64,000 nt of DNA from an uncultured Candidatus Saccharibacteria bacterium (GCA_964512925.1 CAZEKH010000004.1:72392-136391), one strand, 5' to 3'. Shown: positions 36,571-46,300, counted from the first letter of the stretch. The notes: generated from the letters alone by a model not told the origin. A program made the numbers and translations.

Positions 36571-38256
36571 ATGTTCACTGAAGAAGAAAAAAAAGTTTTA
36601 CAAAAATTTGTCACTTCTGCTGAAGATAATATTTTTGCCATACGCGGGATGCCCGGGATGGTTGGGGCGGCGTATGCCCGTTATAGCAGGGCCAAGGGCG
36701 GCTTTAGAGAAGTATTGCTTAAAGAGTTTATAGAAGCTGGCAATATTGATCCCAAGCACGCTGACGAGCTGATTGCCAGGGTCTTGGTTGCGTACGGGGA
36801 CGACTCAGTGGGCGAGCTTGAAGGCGCGCATATCAGTTTTGAAAAAATATCAATGCTGGCGGCTAAAGAAATTGAAGATCGCAGGATCGGAGGAAGTCCG
36901 ATTGAGCAGTCTACCCGTTATGTTCTCTATGACCAAAAAACCGAGGATGGAAAATGGCTGTATTATAGGGGCGATGATGTGCTTAAAACCTCCTTTGGAA
37001 AATTGTATGAAGAAACGATGGATTTTATTTTTCAGACCTATTCAGAATTAGTTGAGCCTTTAAAAAAACATTTGGAAAATCAAAAGCCGTTGTCTGAAGC
37101 GGAATATGATATAAATGGCGATGGTAAAAAGGAGCTTTTAAGCGAATTGACTGATGACAAGCAGATCAAAGCTTTTAAACAAACTTATACTTTTGAACTG
37201 AGGGCTAAAGCTTGTGATATTTTAAGGTCTTTTTTGCCCATAGCCACCCTGACAAATGTTGGGATGTTTGGAAATGGCAGATTTTATCAAGGATTGATTT
37301 CTTATCTTCTAACTACTGATTTACCGGAAAATCACAGTGTGGCGGCGGGCGCTCAGAAAGCTTTGTCAGAAATTATCCCTCAGTACATAAGACGCGCTCA
37401 GAGAAGCGAGTACATAGCGGAAAATCGCCGGGCGATGTTTAGTTTAACCAAAGAAATGTTAAAAAGCCATAAAGCCCATCCGCCTTTGGAATTGCCAGAG
37501 TTTGTTTTACAAGACAGGGGAGAAAAAATTATAGAAAAAATTATTAAAGAAGGCGGTTTGGTGGAGAATGCTTTAAACCGAGCGGAGGAAATTTCGCTTT
37601 TAGCAATGATGCTATATTCATATAGTGATTTTGCTTTAGCTGATTTGAGACTGATTGTGGAAAATTTGTCTGAAGAGGAAAAAATAAAAATATTCCAAAC
37701 TTATATGGGAGAAAGAAAAACCAGAAGAGATCGTCCCGGCAGGGCTATGGAAGACGGTTATTCGTATAATTTTGATATGGTTACCAATTTTGGGGTTTAT
37801 AAAGATTTACAAAGGCACCGGATGAATACCCAAACCCGCCAGTTGTTTACAACCAAGCTTGGTTTTTTTTACGCGCCTGAACTGGAAGCTGTGGGCGCGA
37901 TGGAAAAAGCGAAATTGTGTGTGGAAAAATCCAATCAATTGTTTGAAAAAATGCATTTGGAAAATCCGGAACTAGCTCAGTATGCGGTGCTGCACGGGCA
38001 TTATATCCGCTGGTATATGGGTTTTAACGACCGAGAAGCTATGCATCTTTTAGAACTTCGTTCAACACCGCAAGGTCATCCGAATTACAGGCAGGCCGCT
38101 CAACAAATGCATAAATTGATCTTAGAAAGGTCAGAGCCAAGAGGTTCGGCTATGAAGTTTGTGGATCACAATGAATACTACTGGTCAAGGGCGGACAGCG
38201 AAGCCAAGCAGCGGGTTAAGGAAGCCGAACTTGATAAAAAATTCGGGAAAATTTAA
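36571..38256 (+). CDS. thyX: Flavin-dependent thymidylate synthase ThyX, tandem double-domain fusion
   Basis: The N half carries RRIGGSPIEQSTRY (RHR-x7-S-x-RY with H replaced by R). The C half carries DLQRHR with an altered Ser region. The protein is about twice the usual ThyX length. Confidence 0.6.
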   Translation: MFTEEEKKVLQKFVTSAEDNIFAIRGMPGMVGAAYARYSRAKGGFREVLLKEFIEAGNIDPKHADELIARVLVAYGDDSVGELEGAHISFEKISMLAAKEIEDRRIGGSPIEQSTRYVLYDQKTEDGKWLYYRGDDVLKTSFGKLYEETMDFIFQTYSELVEPLKKHLENQKPLSEAEYDINGDGKKELLSELTDDKQIKAFKQTYTFELRAKACDILRSFLPIATLTNVGMFGNGRFYQGLISYLLTTDLPENHSVAAGAQKALSEIIPQYIRRAQRSEYIAENRRAMFSLTKEMLKSHKAHPPLELPEFVLQDRGEKIIEKIIKEGGLVENALNRAEEISLLAMMLYSYSDFALADLRLIVENLSEEEKIKIFQTYMGERKTRRDRPGRAMEDGYSYNFDMVTNFGVYKDLQRHRMNTQTRQLFTTKLGFFYAPELEAVGAMEKAKLCVEKSNQLFEKMHLENPELAQYAVLHGHYIRWYMGFNDREAMHLLELRSTPQGHPNYRQAAQQMHKLILERSEPRGSAMKFVDHNEYYWSRADSEAKQRVKEAELDKKFGKI

Positions 38257-38265
38257 TAAAGTCAA

Positions 38266-38297
38266 AACACTCCCATACTTTGGAGTATGGGAGTGTT
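38266..38297 (+). terminator. Rho-independent terminator after thyX
   Basis: 14-bp stem AACACTCCCATACT / AGTATGGGAGTGTT. Confidence 0.6.
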
Positions 38298-38312
38298 TAA
38301 GGGGAAATATTT

Positions 38313-39389
38313 TTGAAGGAATTGGTAAAAAAAATCGAAGAGCTTTTGTTGGAAATTTCCAAGCTAAAACAGCATTTAAACCTGCCACAAAAAGAGCAGA
38401 GGGTTTTGGAATTGGAAGATATGATGAATCAGGGAGGTTTTTGGGATGACAATGAGAAAGCCCAAAAAATTTCCAAAGAATACAGCGGGCTGAAAAAGTT
38501 TTATGATTTTTGGATAGATTTGGAAAAGGAAACCAAAGAACTTTTGGAACTTGCCAAAGCTGAAACAGATGCTGATTTTTTTTCCAAACAATACGAAGTC
38601 TTGGTAAAAAAATACAAAGAAAACAGATTTGTGGCTTTAATGTCAAAAAAATACGACGATCATAGCGCGATTTTTTCTTTGCATTCCGGCGCCGGGGGAG
38701 TGGACGCGCAGGATTGGGCGGACATCCTTTTAAGGATGTTTTTACGGTATTGCGAAAGAAAAAATTTGGAAACAGAAGTTTTGGAACTCTCCAGGGGCGA
38801 GCAGGGAGGTCTGAAGACTTGTGTGGTGGAAGTAAGAGGTCCATATGCTTACGGGCTTTTAAAAAGCGAAGCCGGAGTGCATCGTTTGGTTAGGCTTAGC
38901 CCTTTTAATCCTGCGCATACTCGGGAGACTTCTTTTGCGCTCTTAGAGCTTTTGCCGGTTTTGGAAGAAAAAGAAACAATTGAACTTGACCCCAAAGACC
39001 TGAAAATAGAAGCCAATACGGCCTCAGGCCACGGCGGCCAGTCGGTTAATACCACTTATAGCGCTATTCGCATCACTCATATTCCTACGGGGCTTAAGGT
39101 GTCGATTCAAAATGAACGTTCCCAGCACCAAAATCGCGAATTGGCAATGAAAATCCTGATGTCCAAGCTGAAAACATTGGAGGAAGAAAAAATGCAAAAA
39201 GAAAAACAAGCAATTCGAGGCGAGTTTAAATCCGCAGAGTGGGGCAATCAAATACGCTCGTATGTCATTCATCCGTATAAAATGGTCAAAGACCATAGAA
39301 CAAATTACGAGACTTCAGACCCCGATTCAGTTTTTAATGGCGAATTGGATGAGTTTGTGGAAAGTTATTTGGAAAAAGTAGCCGTCTAA
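38313..39389 (+). CDS. prfB: Peptide chain release factor 2
   Basis: SPF tripeptide and GGQ motif. Continuous ORF from TTG with SD TAAGGGG; no programmed +1 frameshift site. Confidence 0.9.
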   Translation: MKELVKKIEELLLEISKLKQHLNLPQKEQRVLELEDMMNQGGFWDDNEKAQKISKEYSGLKKFYDFWIDLEKETKELLELAKAETDADFFSKQYEVLVKKYKENRFVALMSKKYDDHSAIFSLHSGAGGVDAQDWADILLRMFLRYCERKNLETEVLELSRGEQGGLKTCVVEVRGPYAYGLLKSEAGVHRLVRLSPFNPAHTRETSFALLELLPVLEEKETIELDPKDLKIEANTASGHGGQSVNTTYSAIRITHIPTGLKVSIQNERSQHQNRELAMKILMSKLKTLEEEKMQKEKQAIRGEFKSAEWGNQIRSYVIHPYKMVKDHRTNYETSDPDSVFNGELDEFVESYLEKVAV

Positions 39390-39481
39390 TTTGGATTTTT
39401 GAAAAAAATTTGGTATAATATAAAATACAGAAAGATTTTTTGAAATAAAAATAAAGATATTTGAGTTTGCAAGGGTCTTTT

Positions 39482-40162
39482 ATGATAAGATTTGAAAATG
39501 TTACAAAAAAATATCAAGATTCGCAAGCTGCTTTAAAAAATATTAACCTGCAAATTCATCGCGGGGAGTTTATCTCTTTAGTGGGGCTTTCGGGCGCGGG
39601 CAAGTCAACTTTTCTTAAAATCATTATTGGTGAAGAACCAATAGAAGAAGGCAGGATTTTGATAGATGATGTTGACATCTCAATGGTAAAAAAAAGCCAT
39701 TTACCGCTTTTAAGAAGGAAAATCGGGGTAGTGTTTCAGGATATGAAGTTGCTGCCCAGGCGCACCGCTTTTGAAAATGTGGCGTTTGCGATGGAAGTAT
39801 GCGGACACAGGGAAGAAAAAATAGTTGAGGAAGTGCCGAAGATTTTAGAACTGGTAGGTTTGTCACAAAAACAAAATCATTTTCCCGACCAGATGTCCGG
39901 CGGTGAAAAACAGCGCGTTGCCATAGCCAGAGCATTGTCGCACAGGCCGGTCTTGCTGTTGGCTGACGAACCGACCGGAAACCTTGACGAAGTAAATGCC
40001 GGCGAGGTTTTGGATTTGCTGCTGAAAATAAACCGTTTGGGCACAACTGTGCTTTTAGCCACCCACGCGGCGGATTTGGTAAATAAAATAAATAAACGGG
40101 TGATTACTCTGGAAAATGGCCAAATCACCTTTGAGCAGGAAAGAGGAGTATATAAACTATAA
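39482..40162 (+). CDS. ftsE: Cell-division ABC ATPase FtsE
   Basis: MIRFENVTKKY, Walker A GLSGAGKST, LSGGEKQR. Confidence 0.9.
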   Translation: MIRFENVTKKYQDSQAALKNINLQIHRGEFISLVGLSGAGKSTFLKIIIGEEPIEEGRILIDDVDISMVKKSHLPLLRRKIGVVFQDMKLLPRRTAFENVAFAMEVCGHREEKIVEEVPKILELVGLSQKQNHFPDQMSGGEKQRVAIARALSHRPVLLLADEPTGNLDEVNAGEVLDLLLKINRLGTTVLLATHAADLVNKINKRVITLENGQITFEQERGVYKL

Positions 40163-41080
40163 ATGTTAGATTCTATTTCAATTTTTCGCGTGTTTAAATC
40201 CGGGTTGATGAATTTTGTCAGAAACCCCTGGTTGTCCGTCGGCGCCGGGATGGTGATGACTATTACCCTGGTTATTTTTTCTTTGCTGTTTATGCTTTTT
40301 ACCGTGACGAATTACTCAATCAAAAGCATACAAAATAAAGTTGACATCAGCGTGTATTTTAAAAACGGACTGTCTGAAGAAAAAATCAAAGCTATACAAG
40401 TTGAAGTTGAAAAGGATCCGGCAGTTAAGGAAACGCGTTATATTTCGGCTGCTCAGGCGTTTGAATTGTTCAAAGAAAGGCATAAATATGATCCCCAGAT
40501 CACCCAATCGTTAAACGAGCTGACAGAAAACCCTCTGCCCGCGACTTTAAATGTTAAAGCCAATAATCTGGAGGATTACACAAAAATCGCAGAACGTTTG
40601 CAAAAGCCAGAGTATAAAGACTTTGTTGAAAAAGTGAATTACGAAGACAGTCGCGATTTGATAGATAAGCTGACTAAAATTTTAAAGTATATAGTTTCGG
40701 GAGGTATAGCTTTGGTCGTGGTGTTTTCCTTGATTGCGATTTTGGTTATCTTTAACACTATTACACTGACTATTTACCACCGGAAGGAAGAAGTGGAAAT
40801 AATGCGTTTGGTCGGCGCTACTAACTGGTATATCCGCGGACCGTTTTTGGTTGAAAGTCTGCTTTATGCCCTGTCCGGCACATTTTTAAGCGCTATATTG
40901 TTTGTGCCTGTGTTTACCAATGTGCTGCCAAAAATCGCCGTTTTTATAGATCCGGAGATTGGGCTTTTTAGCAGCAATCTGTTTAATTTTGTTTTTGTAG
41001 TTTTGATGATGCTGATAATTTCTTGTATTTTAGCCTCGCTGTCCACGTTTTTAGCCATAAGGAAATATCTTAAAATATAG
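40163..41080 (+). CDS. ftsX: Cell-division ABC permease-like protein FtsX
   Basis: Four TM segments with a large extracellular loop; directly follows ftsE. Confidence 0.8.
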   Translation: MLDSISIFRVFKSGLMNFVRNPWLSVGAGMVMTITLVIFSLLFMLFTVTNYSIKSIQNKVDISVYFKNGLSEEKIKAIQVEVEKDPAVKETRYISAAQAFELFKERHKYDPQITQSLNELTENPLPATLNVKANNLEDYTKIAERLQKPEYKDFVEKVNYEDSRDLIDKLTKILKYIVSGGIALVVVFSLIAILVIFNTITLTIYHRKEEVEIMRLVGATNWYIRGPFLVESLLYALSGTFLSAILFVPVFTNVLPKIAVFIDPEIGLFSSNLFNFVFVVLMMLIISCILASLSTFLAIRKYLKI

Positions 41081-41085
41081 CCAAT

Positions 41086-41113
41086 TTGACAGCGCATTCA
41101 GATGGGGTATAAT
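41086..41113 (+). promoter_or_regulatory. Consensus promoter TTGACA-16-TATAAT at the ftsX 3' end
   Basis: ttgacagcgcattcagatggggtataat. Confidence 0.55.
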
Positions 41114-41213
41114 TGTAAAGAGCCTAAAAAAGCTTTAAGCTTTAGGCGTTAGATTGCAGAAATCTTTGCCGACTCTCTTTAAATTTTGGGGAGTTTTTTT
41201 ATTTAAGATATGA

Positions 41214-41311
41214 CCCCGTTAGAAATTTAAACTTCATAAATAATTGGATTTAAAATTAAAGTTTGCTAATGTAAATTCTACACTAACAAAGTCAGGAGAT
41301 TTCTAACGGGG
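41214..41311 (+). promoter_or_regulatory. Long-range 13-bp inverted repeat CCCCGTTAGAAAT ... ATTTCTAACGGGG enclosing the SD and GTG start of rplI
   Basis: Perfect arms about 70 nt apart; the right arm ends at the start codon. Confidence 0.45.
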
Positions 41312-41763
41312 TGAAAGTTATATTTTTAAAAGATCTGGCAGGACAAGGAAAGAAGGGGGAACTGAAAGAAGTTGCTGAAGGTTTTGGCAACAATTTTTTA
41401 GTTGCCAAAGGGTTTGCGGCTGTTGCCACTCCGCAGATAATCGCAAAAATTCAAAAAGAAAAAAAGGATGCGGAAGAAAAACTAAATCGGGATTTTCAAA
41501 AAGCAGTGTCGCAAAAAGCAGATTTGGAAAAGCGGGTTTTTATTTTAAAGGTAAAAGTAGGCGATAAAGGGCAGGTTTTTGGGGGAATGCACGAAAAGGA
41601 TATAGCCAAGGCTGTATCGGACAAGATGGGTTTTGAAATTGACAGGCATATGGTGGCAATTCCCCAACCGTTTAAAACCCTGGGCGAGCATAAGGCTAAG
41701 GTTAAACTAAACGACAAAGTTCAAGCTATTATAAACATTAAACTGGAAGCTGAAACCGCTTAG
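41311..41763 (+). CDS. rplI: 50S ribosomal protein L9
   Basis: GTG start; MKVIFLKDLAGQGKKGELKEV. Confidence 0.85.
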   Translation: MKVIFLKDLAGQGKKGELKEVAEGFGNNFLVAKGFAAVATPQIIAKIQKEKKDAEEKLNRDFQKAVSQKADLEKRVFILKVKVGDKGQVFGGMHEKDIAKAVSDKMGFEIDRHMVAIPQPFKTLGEHKAKVKLNDKVQAIINIKLEAETA

Positions 41764-41766
41764 CAT

Positions 41767-42189
41767 ATGACTGACAATATTCCTTTGGAAGAAAATATTG
41801 ATTTGGACAAAAACACAAGACTGAACAGCCTTTTGAAGTTTTTGGTTTTAACTTTTTTAGCCTCTGGTATGGTTTTGGTTGTGCTTCGGCAGATTGAGGT
41901 TTACTACCGCGATCAAATTTACATAGCCACGCAAGTAACATTGCCGGTGCATAAACAGGCCAGTAGATCAGTTGGTCAGAATATCAGTAAGTCAGATAAT
42001 CAGTTAATCAGTGGAAATGATTTATTTAAAGTATGTCCTACTGATTGGATAGTAAATAAAATGCCGGTGATAGATAAAAATCAGCCTGAGGAGTATTATA
42101 TTTTAGACGGCAAGAGGTGGGAGATTTCGGAGTTTGATGTGGGGTGGGTAAGAGAAAATTGTGATGTAAAACCTCAGGCAGTTTACTAA
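41767..42189 (+). CDS. Hypothetical protein (140 aa, one TM segment)
   Basis: Intact ORF. Confidence 0.4.
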   Translation: MTDNIPLEENIDLDKNTRLNSLLKFLVLTFLASGMVLVVLRQIEVYYRDQIYIATQVTLPVHKQASRSVGQNISKSDNQLISGNDLFKVCPTDWIVNKMPVIDKNQPEEYYILDGKRWEISEFDVGWVRENCDVKPQAVY

Positions 42190-42212
42190 ATAATAAAGTT
42201 TATGTTGCTTTA

Positions 42213-42330
42213 CCCCCTCTCCTATATAGGAGAGGGGTGGGGTGAGGTTTGAGCGATGGTAATAAGACATAAGTTTAATCAATTTTTTAACATTGTTGCC
42301 TCACCCTGCCCTCTCCGAGTTTGGAGAGGG
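42213..42330. mobile_element. MITE-like composite: two copies of the GC-rich palindromic element in inverted orientation flanking a 51-bp AT-rich core
   Basis: Left copy CCCCTCTCC-TATATA-GGAGAGGGG-TGGGGTGAGG. Right copy CCTCACCCTG-CCCTCTCC-GAGTT-TGGAGAGGG. Confidence 0.55.
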
Positions 42331-42384
42331 AATTGATAAAAAAATATTTTTTTATAACACATTAACTGTTAACAACTTTATAAA

Positions 42385-44064
42385 ATGGCGAAAAATAACA
42401 ATTCCAGCAAAACAAAAAAAAATCCTATAAAAACCAAATTTATCTTTGTTTCCGGTGGGGTTATATCCGGCATTGGTAAGGGGATTACTTCGGCTTCTGT
42501 GGGAGCGATTTTGAAGTCCAAAGGTTTTTCCGTTAGCGCGGTTAAAGTGGATATGTATTTAAACCAGGACGCGGGAACCATAAGGCCGCAGGAGCACGGG
42601 GAAGTTTTTGTGACTGAAGATGGGATGGAAACAGACCAGGACTTGGGACACTATGAGAGGTTTATCGGGCAAAATATCACCAAGGCAAACTACATCACAA
42701 CCGGACAGATATATGCGGAAGTTTTGAGAAAAGAGCGCGCGTTTGAGTACGGCGGAGAGGATGTGGAAGCTATCCCTCACGTGACGGATGAAATCATCCG
42801 CAGGTGGAGCGTGGCCGGCAAGGGCAATGATTTTTGTTTGGTGGAGCTTGGCGGAACTGTTGGAGAATACCAAAACGGCATCTTTTTTGAAGCCACGCGT
42901 ATAATGAAACTGCGAGATCCTGGGTCAGTATTACATATTCATGTGGCTTATTTGCCCATCCCTTCGTATTTAGGCGAGATGAAGTCTAAACCGGTTCAGC
43001 AGTCAGTCAGAGTTTTAAATAGTATGGGCATTGAGCCGGATATAATAGTCGGACGTTCTTCCGTACCCATAGACGACCGCCGCAAAGAACGCGTGGCTTT
43101 GTTTTGCAATGTGGCAAAAAATTATGTCCTTTCCAATCCCGACGTCTCCAGCATTTACGAAGTGCCTGTTATATTAGAACAACAAAAAGCCGGAGAATTG
43201 ATCTTGGAAAAATTTGGCATTAAACCCAGAAAACAAGATTTGAAAGAATGGAAAGCTTTGGTTTCCCGCATTAAAAATATCAAAAAAGAAGTTAATATTG
43301 CTGTGGTAGGAAAGTACTTTGGCGTAGGGAAATTCCAGTTATCGGATTCATATGTTTCAGTGATTGAATCAATAAAACACGCAGCCTGGCAAAACAAGGT
43401 TAAGGCTAAACTGACCTGGATAGACTCCGTAAAAGTAGAAAAACAGGGCGCTAAGAGCGTTTTAAAAGGTTTTGCGGGCATTGTAGTTCCTGGGGGGTTT
43501 GGCAGCCGTGGCACAGAAGGGATGATTGAAGCAGTTAAATACGCCAGAGAAAACAATATCCCATACCTGGGACTTTGCTATGGAATGCAGATGGCAACCA
43601 TAGAGTTTGCTAGAAATGTTGCAAATTTAAAAAATGCCAACACCACGGAAGTAAATAAAAATACTCCATACCCGGTCATCCATATAATGCCTGAGCAGGA
43701 AAAAATGCTTTTAAATCGCGAGTACGGGGCAACTATGCGTCTGGGTGGTTGGGATTGTCTTATTAAGCGGGGGACTAAGGCTGAGAAAGCTTATTTGGAT
43801 GGCGGCTGGATCAAGAAGTTAGGCAGACCAAGGATTTCCGAACGTCACCGTCATCGTTATGAGTTTAACAACGAATTTAGAGAGCAGCTGGAAAAAGCTG
43901 GGTTAGTCATTGCCGGCACCACGCCGGACGGCAAACTTGTGGAAATAGTTGAACTTAAAGACCATCCCTTTTTTGTCGCCAGCCAGTTCCACCCGGAATT
44001 TTTATCCCGGCCTCTTTCACCGCATCCTTTGTTCGCGGGATTTATGAAAGTGGTAGTAAAATAA
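42385..44064 (+). CDS. pyrG: CTP synthase
   Basis: Synthetase domain plus glutamine amidotransferase domain (GLCYGMQ). Confidence 0.95.
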   Translation: MAKNNNSSKTKKNPIKTKFIFVSGGVISGIGKGITSASVGAILKSKGFSVSAVKVDMYLNQDAGTIRPQEHGEVFVTEDGMETDQDLGHYERFIGQNITKANYITTGQIYAEVLRKERAFEYGGEDVEAIPHVTDEIIRRWSVAGKGNDFCLVELGGTVGEYQNGIFFEATRIMKLRDPGSVLHIHVAYLPIPSYLGEMKSKPVQQSVRVLNSMGIEPDIIVGRSSVPIDDRRKERVALFCNVAKNYVLSNPDVSSIYEVPVILEQQKAGELILEKFGIKPRKQDLKEWKALVSRIKNIKKEVNIAVVGKYFGVGKFQLSDSYVSVIESIKHAAWQNKVKAKLTWIDSVKVEKQGAKSVLKGFAGIVVPGGFGSRGTEGMIEAVKYARENNIPYLGLCYGMQMATIEFARNVANLKNANTTEVNKNTPYPVIHIMPEQEKMLLNREYGATMRLGGWDCLIKRGTKAEKAYLDGGWIKKLGRPRISERHRHRYEFNNEFREQLEKAGLVIAGTTPDGKLVEIVELKDHPFFVASQFHPEFLSRPLSPHPLFAGFMKVVVK

Positions 44065-44077
44065 TATGTAGCTTGAA

Positions 44078-44112
44078 TTTAAAAACCTTCCGAAATATCG
44101 GAAGGTTTTTAA
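44078..44112. terminator. Bidirectional terminator between pyrG and rpmA
   Basis: AAAACCTTCCGA-AATA-TCGGAAGGTTTT. Confidence 0.7.
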
Positions 44113-44116
44113 ATTC

Positions 44117-44398
44117 TTATTTTTCAGCTACCACGTTAACTATTCTGGTTCTTTTTAGGTTGCCGTGGAATTTTTTTACCATCTTGCTTTGGAACTGAAC
44201 TTTGCCGTTGGCCAGGGAGTAGAGGGTGGAGTCGCCGCCTTTACTGACATTTTTTCCCGGGTGAAATTTGGTGCCGTGTTGGCGAACTATCACCTGACCG
44301 GTTTTGACTGCTTGATTGCCAAAGATTTTAACGCCAAGTCGTTTTGAGACTGAGTCGCGGCCTAGGGCTGTACTGCCGCCAGCTTTTTTATGTGCCAT
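44117..44398 (-). CDS. rpmA: 50S ribosomal protein L27
   Basis: [10 protein letters not shown]... Confidence 0.95.
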   Translation of the reverse strand: MAHKKAGGSTALGRDSVSKRLGVKIFGNQAVKTGQVIVRQHGTKFHPGKNVSKGGDSTLYSLANGKVQFQSKMVKKFHGNLKRTRIVNVVAEK

Positions 44399-44489
44399 AA
44401 TTATTCACAAATGCACGGATTACACGAATTACACTAATACTAATATTTGTATTCGTAAATTTATGTGCTAAATTAATTATATTTATGTT

Positions 44490-45827
44490 CTAATTTTTTT
44501 CAAATATTGCTATTTCCCTGGCCACTATCTGGTCTTTTCTGTCGTAGATAGCAGTGCCTCTGGCGCTTAGCCTCAAAAATTTCATTTTTTTAGCTATTTT
44601 TGCCGGGATTAAGGCTATTGAATTATATCCTAAAGTACTCGCCCAGTCAAGGGAGGGGAGCATAGTATAAGAATCTCGCCCTTTTTTATAGGCTGGGATA
44701 CACATCACTATTTTGGCTTTTTCCGGCAAAAAAAGGCTAAATTCTTTAAAGGCTTTTTTATAGAGCCTTATTAAGTCGTCAAAATTCATTTCTATTTCTT
44801 TTTGTGTCGGATAGGCTGAATACACAGGTCCCAGTGTGCCTTCTGTAACAATGGCGCTGATTTTCGCTCCTGAGTCGGTAATTAGCTTATTTAAACCCTG
44901 GGTAGCGTCTGAAACCTCCAAACCGAATTTACTTTGCGAGATATGATAGCGATTTTTAAACCATTCTAAATTTTGAATACTGCCTTTGATGGCAAATTTG
45001 TTGATATCCGAACCGATCATCCTAAAACCTAAAAGCAGGCCTTCTTGGATCATAGTGCCAATGCCGCAAAAAGGGTCCAGGATGGTGTCATTGGTTTTCG
45101 CGCCAGATAAATTTAGCATTACTTGCGCAACTTTAGGCGGAATCATTCCCTGTTTTTCGTCTCGTATAGGCCTTTGGTAGTCGCGCCTGCCATAGTCCTC
45201 AAAATCCTGAACCACCAGAGTTTTGGCAGTATAGAGGATTTCTTCTCCAGCTAAAATGCAAATTTCCGAGCCTTTTTCCAAAAGTAAATTTTTAGTAACA
45301 GCAACTGACGCAAGTGATAAAGAATTCATTTCCGGCAAAACCAGCCTGGCGCTAAAGCCCATATCTGTCAGAGTTTTTTTAACCATCATACCCAGCCTTT
45401 TTGGCTCGGAAAAAATATTCATTGAAGGCATACCGTTTTTTGAGGCCTCCGGTTTGTCCGCAAGTTTGCGGTTTAGCAGGTAAACGCTAAGTCCAAACTG
45501 AATTTTTCCCTTATACTCTTTGAGAAATTGTTTCTTAAGGAGGCTTGGCCTGAAATAGTGTTTTAAGGCAAAGTTCAAAGAATCCTGAGGCCGTTTTTTT
45601 ACCTCATCTATTACTTGCAGGATTTTTACTACGCCCCCGAGATTTTTTTGCAGTTTGTGAACATTGATTGCTTGAGGTAACTCTACTAACAAAATTTCTT
45701 CCGAGGCGCAGACAATTTCCGGCTCAAGCCCGGTAAGACCCAGGGAGTCGTCTTTTTTATTTAGCAATTCTACGAGTTCAGCGATGGAAAGCGTGTAAAC
45801 CCTGCCTAAAACAAAAGCGTATTTCAT
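44490..45827 (-). CDS. THUMP-domain class I SAM-dependent RNA methyltransferase
   Basis: SAM motif DPFCGIGT and an N-terminal THUMP-like region. Confidence 0.55.
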   Translation of the reverse strand: MKYAFVLGRVYTLSIAELVELLNKKDDSLGLTGLEPEIVCASEEILLVELPQAINVHKLQKNLGGVVKILQVIDEVKKRPQDSLNFALKHYFRPSLLKKQFLKEYKGKIQFGLSVYLLNRKLADKPEASKNGMPSMNIFSEPKRLGMMVKKTLTDMGFSARLVLPEMNSLSLASVAVTKNLLLEKGSEICILAGEEILYTAKTLVVQDFEDYGRRDYQRPIRDEKQGMIPPKVAQVMLNLSGAKTNDTILDPFCGIGTMIQEGLLLGFRMIGSDINKFAIKGSIQNLEWFKNRYHISQSKFGLEVSDATQGLNKLITDSGAKISAIVTEGTLGPVYSAYPTQKEIEMNFDDLIRLYKKAFKEFSLFLPEKAKIVMCIPAYKKGRDSYTMLPSLDWASTLGYNSIALIPAKIAKKMKFLRLSARGTAIYDRKDQIVAREIAIFEKN

Positions 45828-45889
45828 TTAAAAATGCTTAATTTCCTCATTTTATAAATTTTACAAAAATTCACAGACTTGGTTATAAT

Positions 45890-46291
45890 ATGTTTATGTA
45901 TGAAAAATTGAAGAAAAACTGGCCGGAGATACAGCCTAAGCTCGTTTGGATAGCGACTTCTTTAGTAATGTTTGGCGCCGGATTTGGGGCAGGCAACTAC
46001 GACAGAAAAAATTCCTATAAAAGATTTCAAGTAAAACCACAGGTTAATTATACCACACAAAAGCCTCAAGGGGAGGTAAAGGCCGTATCCACCCCGGCTC
46101 CTGTAAAAGAGGCAGTAACCGGCAAAACTGATCAGCCTGCGGCTGACTGCAAGATTAAGGGCAACATCGGAACCTCAGGCAAGATTTACCATATTCCGGG
46201 AGGACGCTCGTACAAAATAGTTAAGCCTGAACAATGTTTTAACACTGAGGAAGAAGCAGTCAGTGCGGGTTTTAGAAAAGCTTTGCAATAA
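45890..46291 (+). CDS. Hypothetical membrane-anchored protein with a C-terminal Cys-pair domain (CKIKG...YHIPGG...CF...AGFRKA)
   Basis: One TM segment; conserved-looking C-terminal 50 aa. Confidence 0.4.
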   Translation: MFMYEKLKKNWPEIQPKLVWIATSLVMFGAGFGAGNYDRKNSYKRFQVKPQVNYTTQKPQGEVKAVSTPAPVKEAVTGKTDQPAADCKIKGNIGTSGKIYHIPGGRSYKIVKPEQCFNTEEEAVSAGFRKALQ

Positions 46292-46300
46292 AAATTTTTT

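Noticed and set aside
41090-41310. tRNA or other small RNA gene in the 230-bp ftsX-rplI spacer
   Set aside because: No cloverleaf-compatible arms or T-loop (GTTCRANYC) were found. It is better explained as a structured mRNA leader.
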